IMG/VR virus record: IMGVR_UViG_3300046028_008994
Reading direction: 5' to 3' (one strand)
Source of the DNA: a virus
Length of the DNA stretch: 64,000 nt
This document shows, in pieces, positions 41,557 through 49,726 of the stretch (position 1 is the first letter of the stretch; every line of letters starts with the position of its first letter). A program made the translations under genes and the position numbers. A model generated the notes under the pieces. It did not search any database and was not told the origin of the DNA. It saw only the letters and a list, made by a program, of their open reading frames with translations.

Positions 41557-42138
41557 ATGAAAATAATTCAAATCGGGGCTAATAATGGAAAAGATAACGT
41601 TTTTGATTTCATTAAAGAAAATCAAAAATCACTAGAGTTAGCAATATTGATAGAACCTATACCTTTTATTATCAATGAATTAAAAGATCAGTATAAAGAT
41701 ATAAATAATATTGTAGTAGAAAATATAGCTATAACTAATGAAGAAAATCTTGAACAAATGACTCTATATTATTTAGGAGATAGTAATTATGAAGTAAGTT
41801 CATTTAGTAAACATCATGTAATAACCCATAAACCTCCAGGTTCATCATTTCCATTAGAATCATTAGAAGTTTCTTGTTTAACTATTAATAAGATTATGAA
41901 TAAATATGATTTAGAAATAATAGATTATTTATTTATAGATACTGAAGGATTAGATGTTCATATAATAGCTAGTATTGATTTTACAAAGTATAAAATTAAA
42001 AATATTATATTTGAAGCTGTTCATACTGATGGTGCATTTAGTAAAGGTGAAAATTTTAATAAAATATGTAATTATTTAAATCAATTAGGATATAATTTAT
42101 CAAATATAGACCAATTAAACATAAAAGCTAGTTTATGA
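41557..42138 (+). CDS. FkbM-family methyltransferase
   Basis: QIGANNG, IEP, IDTEG.D, FE. Confidence 0.8.
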   Translation: MKIIQIGANNGKDNVFDFIKENQKSLELAILIEPIPFIINELKDQYKDINNIVVENIAITNEENLEQMTLYYLGDSNYEVSSFSKHHVITHKPPGSSFPLESLEVSCLTINKIMNKYDLEIIDYLFIDTEGLDVHIIASIDFTKYKIKNIIFEAVHTDGAFSKGENFNKICNYLNQLGYNLSNIDQLNIKASL

Positions 42139-42815
42139 AAATAATATATAGAATATCAGACGCAGGTTACAATAAAGTAAAACCTGACTATATTAACAAT
42201 GAAAATTGTTTAAGGAATTTCGTTCATGTGTTTGGTAATCAAAATTTAGAAATTATAGCAGATAACTGTAGTGAAGAAACACTACGTATGATTACTAAAT
42301 ATGTACATCCAAATAAAATACAAAATGTATCTATTGGACATGGAGCAGGAACATTTAATCTAGCTTTAGATAAAGCATTAGAATATGATGATGAAACAAT
42401 AGTTTATTTTGTAGAGAATGATTACCTTCATAGAGAAAAATCACCAGAAGTTTTAGTTGAAGGATTACAATTAGGATATGATTATGTTTCTTTGTATGAT
42501 CATCCTGATAAGTATATTAACGGAGCAAATCCATTTGTAGAAGATGGTGGGGAGGTAACAAGACTAATGCTAACAAATTCTTGTCATTGGAAGTTAACAA
42601 ACTCTACAACTATGACATTTGCTGCTAGAGTAAGTACTTTAAAACAAGATGAAGCAATCCTAAGAGATTTTACATCAGGAACACACCCCAACGACTTTCC
42701 AATGTTCTTAGCTTTAAGAGAAAAGCAACATGGATTAGTAACACCAGTACCAGGATACTCTACACACGGAGAAACAGCTTGGTTAACACCTTTAACAGAT
42801 TGGAGTAAGATATGA
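42135..42815 (+). CDS. Putative GT-A glycosyltransferase
   Basis: YFVENDYLH, LYDHPD, STTMTF. Confidence 0.65.
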   Translation: MKIIYRISDAGYNKVKPDYINNENCLRNFVHVFGNQNLEIIADNCSEETLRMITKYVHPNKIQNVSIGHGAGTFNLALDKALEYDDETIVYFVENDYLHREKSPEVLVEGLQLGYDYVSLYDHPDKYINGANPFVEDGGEVTRLMLTNSCHWKLTNSTTMTFAARVSTLKQDEAILRDFTSGTHPNDFPMFLALREKQHGLVTPVPGYSTHGETAWLTPLTDWSKI

Positions 42816-43564
42816 TAAGCGTAATTATACCAACATATAAGTCACCAGAGGCTTTGGATCTATGCTTACGTTCAGCAATTAAGGGTCAACAAAACGAAAA
42901 TCAAATCATAGTGGTTATAGATGGCTTCTATGATATTAATAAAGAGGTACTGGAAAAGTATGCTAATGATATTGAAATATTAGTTTTAGAAGAAAACGCA
43001 GGATTGTGTAGAGGTACTAATTTAGGAGTTTACAATGCTGAGTATGATAAAATTCTTATTGTAAACGATGATAATGTATTTCCAATAGACTGGGACGTTC
43101 AACTTGAAAAAGTATATAATCCTCATTTTGTTATATCACCTAATCAAATAGAACCAAACCCAAGTATGTTTAGACAATTTCATATTAGAGATTGTGGTCG
43201 TGATCCTAAAACATTTAGTTTAGAAAATTTTAATTTATATGAAGAACCATTAAGAGGAAATCCAGATGATATGACCGGTTCTACATTACCTATATTAATG
43301 TCTAAAAAGATGTTTTTAAGTGTTGGTGGTTGGGATGAAAATTATCAAGACGGAATGGTAGCTGATTGGGATTTCTTTTTAAAATGCCAACTTATAGGAT
43401 TAAAAATGATGAGAACATATAATTGTCATTTTTATCACTTTGCCTCTGTTTCTGTAAATGGAGAAAAAAGAAGACAAGCCGAATTAAATGGATATGAATA
43501 TTCTAAATACAAGTGGGGTGATTATATAAAACACAATCCTGAAGATAATTTGAAATATATTTAA
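42812..43564 (+). CDS. Glycosyltransferase family 2
   Basis: ISVIIPTY, VNDD, GGWDE, DWDF. Confidence 0.85.
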   Translation: MISVIIPTYKSPEALDLCLRSAIKGQQNENQIIVVIDGFYDINKEVLEKYANDIEILVLEENAGLCRGTNLGVYNAEYDKILIVNDDNVFPIDWDVQLEKVYNPHFVISPNQIEPNPSMFRQFHIRDCGRDPKTFSLENFNLYEEPLRGNPDDMTGSTLPILMSKKMFLSVGGWDENYQDGMVADWDFFLKCQLIGLKMMRTYNCHFYHFASVSVNGEKRRQAELNGYEYSKYKWGDYIKHNPEDNLKYI

Positions 43565-43601
43565 ATTTGGAAACTTAAAAAATAAATTGTATGTTTACCT
43601 T

Positions 43602-43760
43602 ATGATATTTGGATTTTATAATAGAACAGATGAAACACAGGAGATTATTAATCGTACTGTATCCACATCAAGATTAAATGCTGCTAAACATTTCGCAGAA
43701 CGCAAACAACTTCCACTAAAAGAATTTTTAAAAATATTTGCTGTTAAATGTTTAATATAA
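43602..43760 (+). CDS. Small hypothetical protein (52 aa, not in ORF track)
   Basis: MIFGFYNR...KCLI; promoter TATGTT 6 nt upstream. Confidence 0.6.
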   Translation: MIFGFYNRTDETQEIINRTVSTSRLNAAKHFAERKQLPLKEFLKIFAVKCLI

Positions 43761-44152
43761 GTAGCTTCGGAAAAAATTTAATCATTAAAGATAAAAATAA
43801 AATAATTACTAGCGATAAACAAACGTTTATTGATTTAGTTGACACTTTTAGTATGGCCCACCAACGTTCTTTGTCAGTTGAAAAAGAACATGGTTTAAAA
43901 TTAGAAAAATATGATGGATTATTTTTTGTAATAATTGAAAATTTATTTTTTACCCATTATGGTGAATGGCAGGGTGAATTAATTTTATGGTATGTGTATG
44001 ATAGAACAGATGAAGATGGTAATTTATATCCTATGATGCTTTTTGATGAAGAAACAGGAGATGAAACTGAAGTAGTGATTGAAAATGCTAGTGAATTATA
44101 TTCATTTATCCAAAAAATTGCTAAAAAAATAAAAAATAAAAAGAAAAAATAA
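43748..44152 (+). CDS. Hypothetical protein
   Basis: 134 aa ORF. Confidence 0.6.
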   Translation: MFNISSFGKNLIIKDKNKIITSDKQTFIDLVDTFSMAHQRSLSVEKEHGLKLEKYDGLFFVIIENLFFTHYGEWQGELILWYVYDRTDEDGNLYPMMLFDEETGDETEVVIENASELYSFIQKIAKKIKNKKKK

Positions 44153-44164
44153 ATATTTACGGTT

Positions 44165-44422
44165 ATGACAAAATGTATTCACTGTGGAGAAGAAATCCAC
44201 CCAAAACGATTAGAAATCCTTCCTTCAGCTAAAACATGTGTATCATGTTCTACTACAGAAAAAAAAGGAGGATTAACAATAATGAAAGGTACTGGTGACC
44301 ATACTTGGATTGAAACAATCCCTATGGAACAAGAAGACTATCAAAAAATACTTAAAGCAGAAAATAAAACATTTAATACATCATTTGATAATCTAGAACC
44401 AGAATTTAGTTCTGAGGTTTAA
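44165..44422 (+). CDS. TraR/DksA-type C4 zinc-finger protein
   Basis: CIHCGEEI.PKRLEILP....CVSC. Confidence 0.75.
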   Translation: MTKCIHCGEEIHPKRLEILPSAKTCVSCSTTEKKGGLTIMKGTGDHTWIETIPMEQEDYQKILKAENKTFNTSFDNLEPEFSSEV

Positions 44423-44425
44423 TTT

Positions 44426-45076
44426 ATGCCCAAAGCAAAACCATTAAAAAAAGAAGAAATCATAGCGGCAATGGCTAAAACCAAATCCGTTCGTTCTGCT
44501 TGCCGTTACTTAAATTGTTCATACCAACACTTAAAAAAATGGATGAAATTTTATGAAGGTGAAGATGGTAAATCTTTGTTTGAACAACATAAAAATCCTG
44601 CAGGTAAAGGTATTCCTAAGTTTACTAATAATTCACCATGGAAACGAAAAGAACCTGCTATATTAGATATTGTTGAAGGTAGAGTAGATCCATCTCATTT
44701 AAACCCTCAAAAAGTTAAATATAAACTTATAGAAGCGGGTTATTTAAAAGAGGAATGTAGTACGTGTGGTTTTCATGAACGACGCGTTATAGACTATAAA
44801 ATGCCGTTAATTATGCATTTTAAGAATGGTAACAAACAACATTACACTCTTAATAATCTTCAAATGCTTTGTTATAATTGTTATTTTCTTTATGTAAATA
44901 GTATTTTTACTGAAAAAGAAATCGAAAACATGGAAGATCATGTTCCGCGTAATGGAAGTAAAGATATCCCTGAAAAATTACAAATTGATGAATATACTCA
45001 GAAAAGATTAGATGAATTAGGAATATTTGGTAAAGACGATACAGAAGATCCTTATAATTTAGTATCTTACAAATAA
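44426..45076 (+). CDS. HTH plus degenerate HNH/zinc domain protein
   Basis: SVRSACRYLNCSY HTH; CSTCG...HFKNGN...NLQMLCYNCY. Confidence 0.6.
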   Translation: MPKAKPLKKEEIIAAMAKTKSVRSACRYLNCSYQHLKKWMKFYEGEDGKSLFEQHKNPAGKGIPKFTNNSPWKRKEPAILDIVEGRVDPSHLNPQKVKYKLIEAGYLKEECSTCGFHERRVIDYKMPLIMHFKNGNKQHYTLNNLQMLCYNCYFLYVNSIFTEKEIENMEDHVPRNGSKDIPEKLQIDEYTQKRLDELGIFGKDDTEDPYNLVSYK

Positions 45077-45087
45077 TATTTATAAGT

Positions 45088-45522
45088 ATGATTAAATTTT
45101 TAAATATATTAGAGGAATCAATTGATATTTACTCTTTAGATAAATTAAATTCTTTTGCTAATATTACAATATATACTGAAAATGCTGATGAATTTAGGGT
45201 TAGTTTTTCTCCTAAAAATTCTCCTAATAAATATCAATTATCTATTTATAAAATAGATGAATATTATGAAGTACAATTTGGAATAATAGAAAAAGGAATA
45301 ATTAAAACTAGTGTTTTAGTAAATGATAATTTTACTTTATCTGTATTATCTATAGTTTTTAGTTTATTAAGATATTATATTGATGAATATTCTGTTTTTG
45401 CTTTTGAGTTTGAGGCATATGATATACGACCTAAATTATATAATTTATATCTTGATAAAAATTTTACAGATTATGATAAATATAAAATGGGTCCTAATGA
45501 ATTTAGATTTATTAAAAAATGA
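45088..45522 (+). CDS. Hypothetical protein with leader MIKFLNILEE
   Basis: ATATTTATA-AGT-ATG. Confidence 0.55.
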   Translation: MIKFLNILEESIDIYSLDKLNSFANITIYTENADEFRVSFSPKNSPNKYQLSIYKIDEYYEVQFGIIEKGIIKTSVLVNDNFTLSVLSIVFSLLRYYIDEYSVFAFEFEAYDIRPKLYNLYLDKNFTDYDKYKMGPNEFRFIKK

Positions 45523-45800
45523 AAATAGAAGAATATTTAAGTAAGTTTAATAATAAAAAATATGATTTATCTTTAAAAGAATTCTTTTTAACAGAAGAAG
45601 CTTTAAATAAAGGTATAACTGTTGAAGAAGAAATAAAATATCAAGAATCAACATTTGATGGTTTTCTTCTTGATATAGATTTTACTATAATTATGTTTTT
45701 AATAGATATAGAAGATAAATTTAATGTAGTTATTAATGATTATGAGGTAGAAAATATTAAATCTATTAATGATCTAATTAAAAAATATTTATCAATATGA
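45519..45800 (+). CDS. Acyl carrier protein-like protein lacking the DSL serine
   Basis: IDIEDKFNVVINDYEVENIKSINDL resembles ACP helices II-IV. Confidence 0.5.
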   Translation: MKIEEYLSKFNNKKYDLSLKEFFLTEEALNKGITVEEEIKYQESTFDGFLLDIDFTIIMFLIDIEDKFNVVINDYEVENIKSINDLIKKYLSI

Positions 45801-45952
45801 AAAACAAAAAACATGATAAAATAGTTAAAGATTATGATATACAAAAGTCTAAACATTTAGATAATTTAGCTACAAAAATGTTAAAAAACCAAGAAAAAGC
45901 AGATCAATTAAAATCCAAAACAATAAACACAAATTTTTTAAACTTATTTTAA
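45797..45952 (+). CDS. Small basic hypothetical protein (51 aa)
   Basis: MKNKKHDK...FLNLF, ATGA-coupled. Confidence 0.55.
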   Translation: MKNKKHDKIVKDYDIQKSKHLDNLATKMLKNQEKADQLKSKTINTNFLNLF

Positions 45953-45953
45953 T

Positions 45954-46253
45954 ATGGCAGTACCCGAAATAAATGTAGATAGCACAGAAGAGTTCCAAGA
46001 ACTTATTAATAACAAAGACTTTAGAATATCAAAACATATTGTTGAAGGAATTTTAGCAAATCTAAATACTAAGAAAAAACATGTTCATGTTTTATCTGTA
46101 ATTTGTGAAGATGAAGATGAAATTTTTGATATAACAGTTGAACGTAAACATTTTGCAGAAACATTAGATGAAAATCTAAAATATTATGTTGAAAATGAAG
46201 AATATGAAGGTTGTCAAAAAATAATTGAAGCGATTAAATTATTAAAAGATTAG
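45954..46253 (+). CDS. Hypothetical protein with UVR-like C-terminal helix
   Basis: YVENEEYEGCQKI. Confidence 0.55.
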   Translation: MAVPEINVDSTEEFQELINNKDFRISKHIVEGILANLNTKKKHVHVLSVICEDEDEIFDITVERKHFAETLDENLKYYVENEEYEGCQKIIEAIKLLKD

Positions 46254-46266
46254 TATATGTATAAAC

Positions 46267-46419
46267 ATGGCTGGAAAAATCAAAAAACAAACATCAACAA
46301 CTTCATTACATAAAGTAAAACCTAAAAAAAGTAGAAAAGGTATTCATGCTAAAACAAAAACAAGTAAAAGCAAAAATGCTACAAATTATACTAAAAAGTA
46401 TAGAGGACAAGGAAGATAA
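46267..46419 (+). CDS. Very basic 50 aa protein ending KKYRGQGR
   Basis: ATATGTATA-AAC-ATG; Lys-rich, no acidic residues. Confidence 0.65.
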   Translation: MAGKIKKQTSTTSLHKVKPKKSRKGIHAKTKTSKSKNATNYTKKYRGQGR

Positions 46420-46439
46420 ACAATAAATATATATAAGTT

Positions 46440-46568
46440 ATGAGTAAAACAAGCTATCAACAAAGATTAGAAACATTAAAAATTTGGATTGAAGATAAAA
46501 AAATCAAATCCAAAGTAAAGAAAAAACAATCAAAATGGATTAAAGATTTATCTGAAGATAATGACTGA
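46440..46568 (+). CDS. Small hypothetical protein (42 aa)
   Basis: AAGTT-ATG start context; MSKTSYQQRL... Confidence 0.5.
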   Translation: MSKTSYQQRLETLKIWIEDKKIKSKVKKKQSKWIKDLSEDND

Positions 46569-46731
46569 TCTTCCAAACATTACAGATGAATTTTTTTCAA
46601 CAATCCCTGACGAGTTATTAATTAAAATGGCTCTTTATGATTGGGGATCATTAAAAAAAGTTTGCATGGCTCTTACTTTAGATATTCATTTAATTGAAGA
46701 ATACGAAAGAAAAAAGAGACTTAAAAATTAA
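46561..46731 (+). CDS. Small hypothetical protein (56 aa)
   Basis: MTDLPNIT...RLKN; ends just before hairpin. Confidence 0.55.
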   Translation: MTDLPNITDEFFSTIPDELLIKMALYDWGSLKKVCMALTLDIHLIEEYERKKRLKN

Positions 46732-46735
46732 AAGA

Positions 46736-46769
46736 AAGGCTTGGGAAACCAGGCCTTCTTTTGTATGTT
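46736..46769 (+). promoter_or_regulatory. Terminator-like hairpin plus promoter
   Basis: AAGGCTTGG-GAAA-CCAGGCCTT, TATGTT at 46764, ATG at 46776. Confidence 0.75.
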
Positions 46770-46775
46770 CACATC

Positions 46776-47000
46776 ATGATTAGAGATAAAGAAGATAGAA
46801 CATACCCTGAAGTAATAGAAATTGATCTTACAGGACCTGAAGGTAATGCTTTTTCATTATTAGCTGTAGCTAAAGATTTAGCTCATATTAATAAATTTGA
46901 TTGGGATAATATTTTCACTGAAATGACTAAAAGCGATTATGAAAATTTAATTCAAGTAATGGATAATTATTTTGGGGATCAAATAATATTACAAAGATAA
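46776..47000 (+). CDS. Hypothetical phage protein
   Basis: IDLTGPEGNAF..L...M...DYE.L...FG pattern. Confidence 0.65.
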   Translation: MIRDKEDRTYPEVIEIDLTGPEGNAFSLLAVAKDLAHINKFDWDNIFTEMTKSDYENLIQVMDNYFGDQIILQR

Positions 47001-47284
47001 TGCAAAAAGGAAAAACAACAGAAGAAGTAAAAACAAAATTTACTCGTGAATTTATTGATGATGATGGTATTAAATCAATATGGAAATATGATTTGAATGT
47101 TACAACTAGTGGTCCTATTAGTACAGAACAAATATTTCCTAAAAATATGGAAATAATTGTAGAAGAAGAAGTAATATTAAATGAATCTTTGCCTATGTCT
47201 AAAAGAAAATTTTGGAGTGAGGCAACTCAAAAATGGGTAGGATATACTAGAGGACTTGCACTAGGTTTAGTACCTGGTAAATAA
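47000..47284 (+). CDS. Hypothetical protein
   Basis: 94 aa ORF. Confidence 0.55.
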   Translation: MQKGKTTEEVKTKFTREFIDDDGIKSIWKYDLNVTTSGPISTEQIFPKNMEIIVEEEVILNESLPMSKRKFWSEATQKWVGYTRGLALGLVPGK

Positions 47285-47333
47285 TCTACTTAAAAACAGG
47301 TGTATTACTTATTTTTTATAATATGTATTATTG

Positions 47334-48089
47334 ATGAAAACAAATATATATTATCTATGTAGAGAAGATAAAGTTCCATTTTATGTAGGAAAAGCTAATA
47401 ACTTAAAAATTAGAGAAAACCAACATAAATTAAAATTAGGGAAAAACATTATTTTAGAAGCAATAGATGAAATACCAACAAATGAATGGAAATTTTGGGA
47501 AAAACATTATATTTCTTTATTTAAAAGTTGGGGTTTTATTTTAGTAAATAAAAATGAAGGTGGTGGAGGAGAATTATATAGATCCGAAGAAACTAAACAA
47601 AAATTAAGAAAACCTAACCCAAAAGCAGGTAGAAGAGGTCCATTAAATCAAGAAATAAAAAATAAAATAAGTAAATCAAAAACAGGAAAACATCATACTG
47701 AAGAAACAAAATTAAAAATATCAAACTCAAATAAAGGAAAATTGGTTTCACAGGAAACATTAGATAAAAAAAGAAAGGCAATGGTTGGTAAAAAATTTAC
47801 TGAGGAAACTAAATTAAAGATGAGTATGTCTTCAAAAGGTAAAACTAAATCTCTACTTCATAAAGAAAAAATAAAAATACATCTTGATAATATTAAAGAT
47901 AAAATAAGAAAAGCAAAGAGTAAACCTGTTTTACAATATGATTTAGAAGATAATTTTATTAAAGAATGGAATAGTATGACTGAAGTAAGTAATACTCTAA
48001 AAGAAATAAAAACATCAGGGATAAGTCGTTGTATATGTGGTAATCAAAATTATTATAAAGGATTTATATGGAAAATAAAAATAATTTAA
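47334..48089 (+). mobile_element. GIY-YIG-type homing endonuclease with NUMOD3 repeats and NUMOD1
   Basis: IYYL...PFYVGK, NKNEGGGG, repeated EETK.K.S, PVLQYDL..FIKEW. Confidence 0.8.
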
Positions 48090-48208
48090 ATGGGTTAAGT
48101 ATAGGTCATGTAAAACAAATTATTAGACGTTCAATGATAACTAAAACTAAACCCAGCAAAAAAGAATATGATAGAAAAAGAGAGAAGAAAAAATTTTTGG
48201 AATCTTAA
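48068..48208 (+). CDS. Small basic protein (46 aa) starting inside the endonuclease's last codons
   Basis: MENKNNLNGLSIGHVKQIIRRSMITKTKPSKKEYDRKREKKKFLES. Confidence 0.5.
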   Translation: MENKNNLNGLSIGHVKQIIRRSMITKTKPSKKEYDRKREKKKFLES

Positions 48209-48244
48209 GATGTTTTTTGTATGTTTACAATATAATAAAGGTTA

Positions 48245-48603
48245 TGATAAAATCAATAAATACAAAAGAAGAAAGATGTTTTATTAACATTGAATCTCAG
48301 TACAGAGGATCAACAACAGTATGGTTTGTTGATGATTTATTTGACGTTAGAAAACGATTAGCAACTTACAAAGATGGTAAATGGACTTATTCATCTCCTA
48401 ACAGAATGAATGATCTAATCAGTTTAATGAAACACAATACCCAATTAAAAAGAGCATTACAAGAAAGTTTAAATCACATGGTTAATGAGGAAGAATTATC
48501 TGGGATAGTAGATTGGAGATGTTTTAAACGCAAAGTAAAACTAAAAGCAATTAGAATTACAAGAAAGTTAAAGAAATTTATTAAAAACAATATAGAATTT
48601 TAA
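48245..48603 (+). CDS. Hypothetical protein (likely start at GGTT-ATG near 48245)
   Basis: ORF 48217-48603; promoter at 48197-48225. Confidence 0.55.
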
Positions 48604-48606
48604 GTT

Positions 48607-48840
48607 ATGAGAAAAAAAATTGACAAATCCATTACTCCTGTTTGGAACAAAGCAAAACAATTAATTGCAGAAGGTAAATTAGAAGAAGCAGATGATGCTT
48701 TAATGACAATAATTTGGAGAGTAGCAGATTATACAATGAATGGACACAACGATGATTATAAAATCGAAGGTGTTAAAAAAGGTGTTTGGTACGAACGTGC
48801 TTGGACTGCTATTGAAGTTAATGGTTTATTACCTGCATAA
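48607..48840 (+). CDS. Hypothetical protein
   Basis: 77 aa ORF. Confidence 0.6.
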   Translation: MRKKIDKSITPVWNKAKQLIAEGKLEEADDALMTIIWRVADYTMNGHNDDYKIEGVKKGVWYERAWTAIEVNGLLPA

Positions 48841-48841
48841 T

Positions 48842-49147
48842 ATGGGAGAAAAAAGAGGATCAACAGAAAAATTAGTATACGATTTTCCAACAGAAAAAAA
48901 TTGTCAAGTTTTACTAAATGATAGATGGTGTAGAGTTACACCACGTGAATTTAGAAGTTGGGGAAACAAACGTCGTATTATCTTTTATAAAGATGGTAAA
49001 GAAGATATTCAAGAGTATATTGGACCTGTGTATTATTGGAACACTAATAAAAAATGTAAAGAACTTACATCAGATAAAGTTCAGTTTATTTCATCAATGC
49101 CTTTTGTGTCATTATTAAGACCTCATGAAAGACATTTAGCAGATTAG
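48842..49147 (+). CDS. Hypothetical protein (likely start MGEKRG)
   Basis: W.RVTPREFRSW motif. Confidence 0.55.
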   Translation: MGEKRGSTEKLVYDFPTEKNCQVLLNDRWCRVTPREFRSWGNKRRIIFYKDGKEDIQEYIGPVYYWNTNKKCKELTSDKVQFISSMPFVSLLRPHERHLAD

Positions 49148-49192
49148 GAAAATAAGCTTGGAAATTAAAAAACAATTTTGTATGTTCACATT

Positions 49193-49351
49193 ATGAAAAT
49201 AGCAATAATAAGTTTAGTTTGTATAATTTTACAAGAAATAAGTTTTAATGGAAGTATTTATTCTTACAAAGCAGTAACAGAAAATGGCGATACAGGAACA
49301 TTATTCTCAAACAAAAAATTAACACAAGGGGATACAATACATTTAAAATGA
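49193..49351 (+). CDS. Small protein with N-terminal hydrophobic segment (52 aa)
   Basis: MKIAIISLVCIILQ...; promoter 6 nt upstream. Confidence 0.55.
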   Translation: MKIAIISLVCIILQEISFNGSIYSYKAVTENGDTGTLFSNKKLTQGDTIHLK

Positions 49352-49548
49352 TAAAAATAGTTGTATTGTTAGTGGTTTGGTTTTTTATATTAACCGGAGC
49401 TATTATAGTATCTAAAATATGTTTATGGGCAATAAAACAACAAGACATAACATATGTTTTAACAGGTGGATTTATAATAACTACAATATGGTTTTTTATA
49501 ACAAGTGAAGTATTACAAATAATTAAAAAAATAAAAATAAAAAAATGA
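49348..49548 (+). CDS. Small two-TM membrane protein
   Basis: Two hydrophobic helices. Confidence 0.6.
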   Translation: MIKIVVLLVVWFFILTGAIIVSKICLWAIKQQDITYVLTGGFIITTIWFFITSEVLQIIKKIKIKK

Positions 49549-49724
49549 TAAAAATGTTAGTATTCATTGCCTTAGTAATCGCTATTGGAAGCGTATTATA
49601 TTTAATAGGTAATAAAGTATCAAAAGTACTTAGTAAAGACGTTTCAGAAAACCTTGAAAACGATATCCAAAAAGGTAAACAAGCAAAAGAAAAAATCAAA
49701 CAATTAAATAAAAAAATCAAATAA
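49545..49724 (+). CDS. Small membrane-anchored protein (59 aa)
   Basis: MIKMLVFIALVIAIGSVLYLIG plus basic tail; precedes the SPFH gene. Confidence 0.6.
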   Translation: MIKMLVFIALVIAIGSVLYLIGNKVSKVLSKDVSENLENDIQKGKQAKEKIKQLNKKIK

Positions 49725-49726
49725 AA

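Noticed and set aside
47305-47345. Start-sequestering hairpin for the 47334 endonuclease
   Set aside because: Only weak, mismatched AT pairing; not counted.
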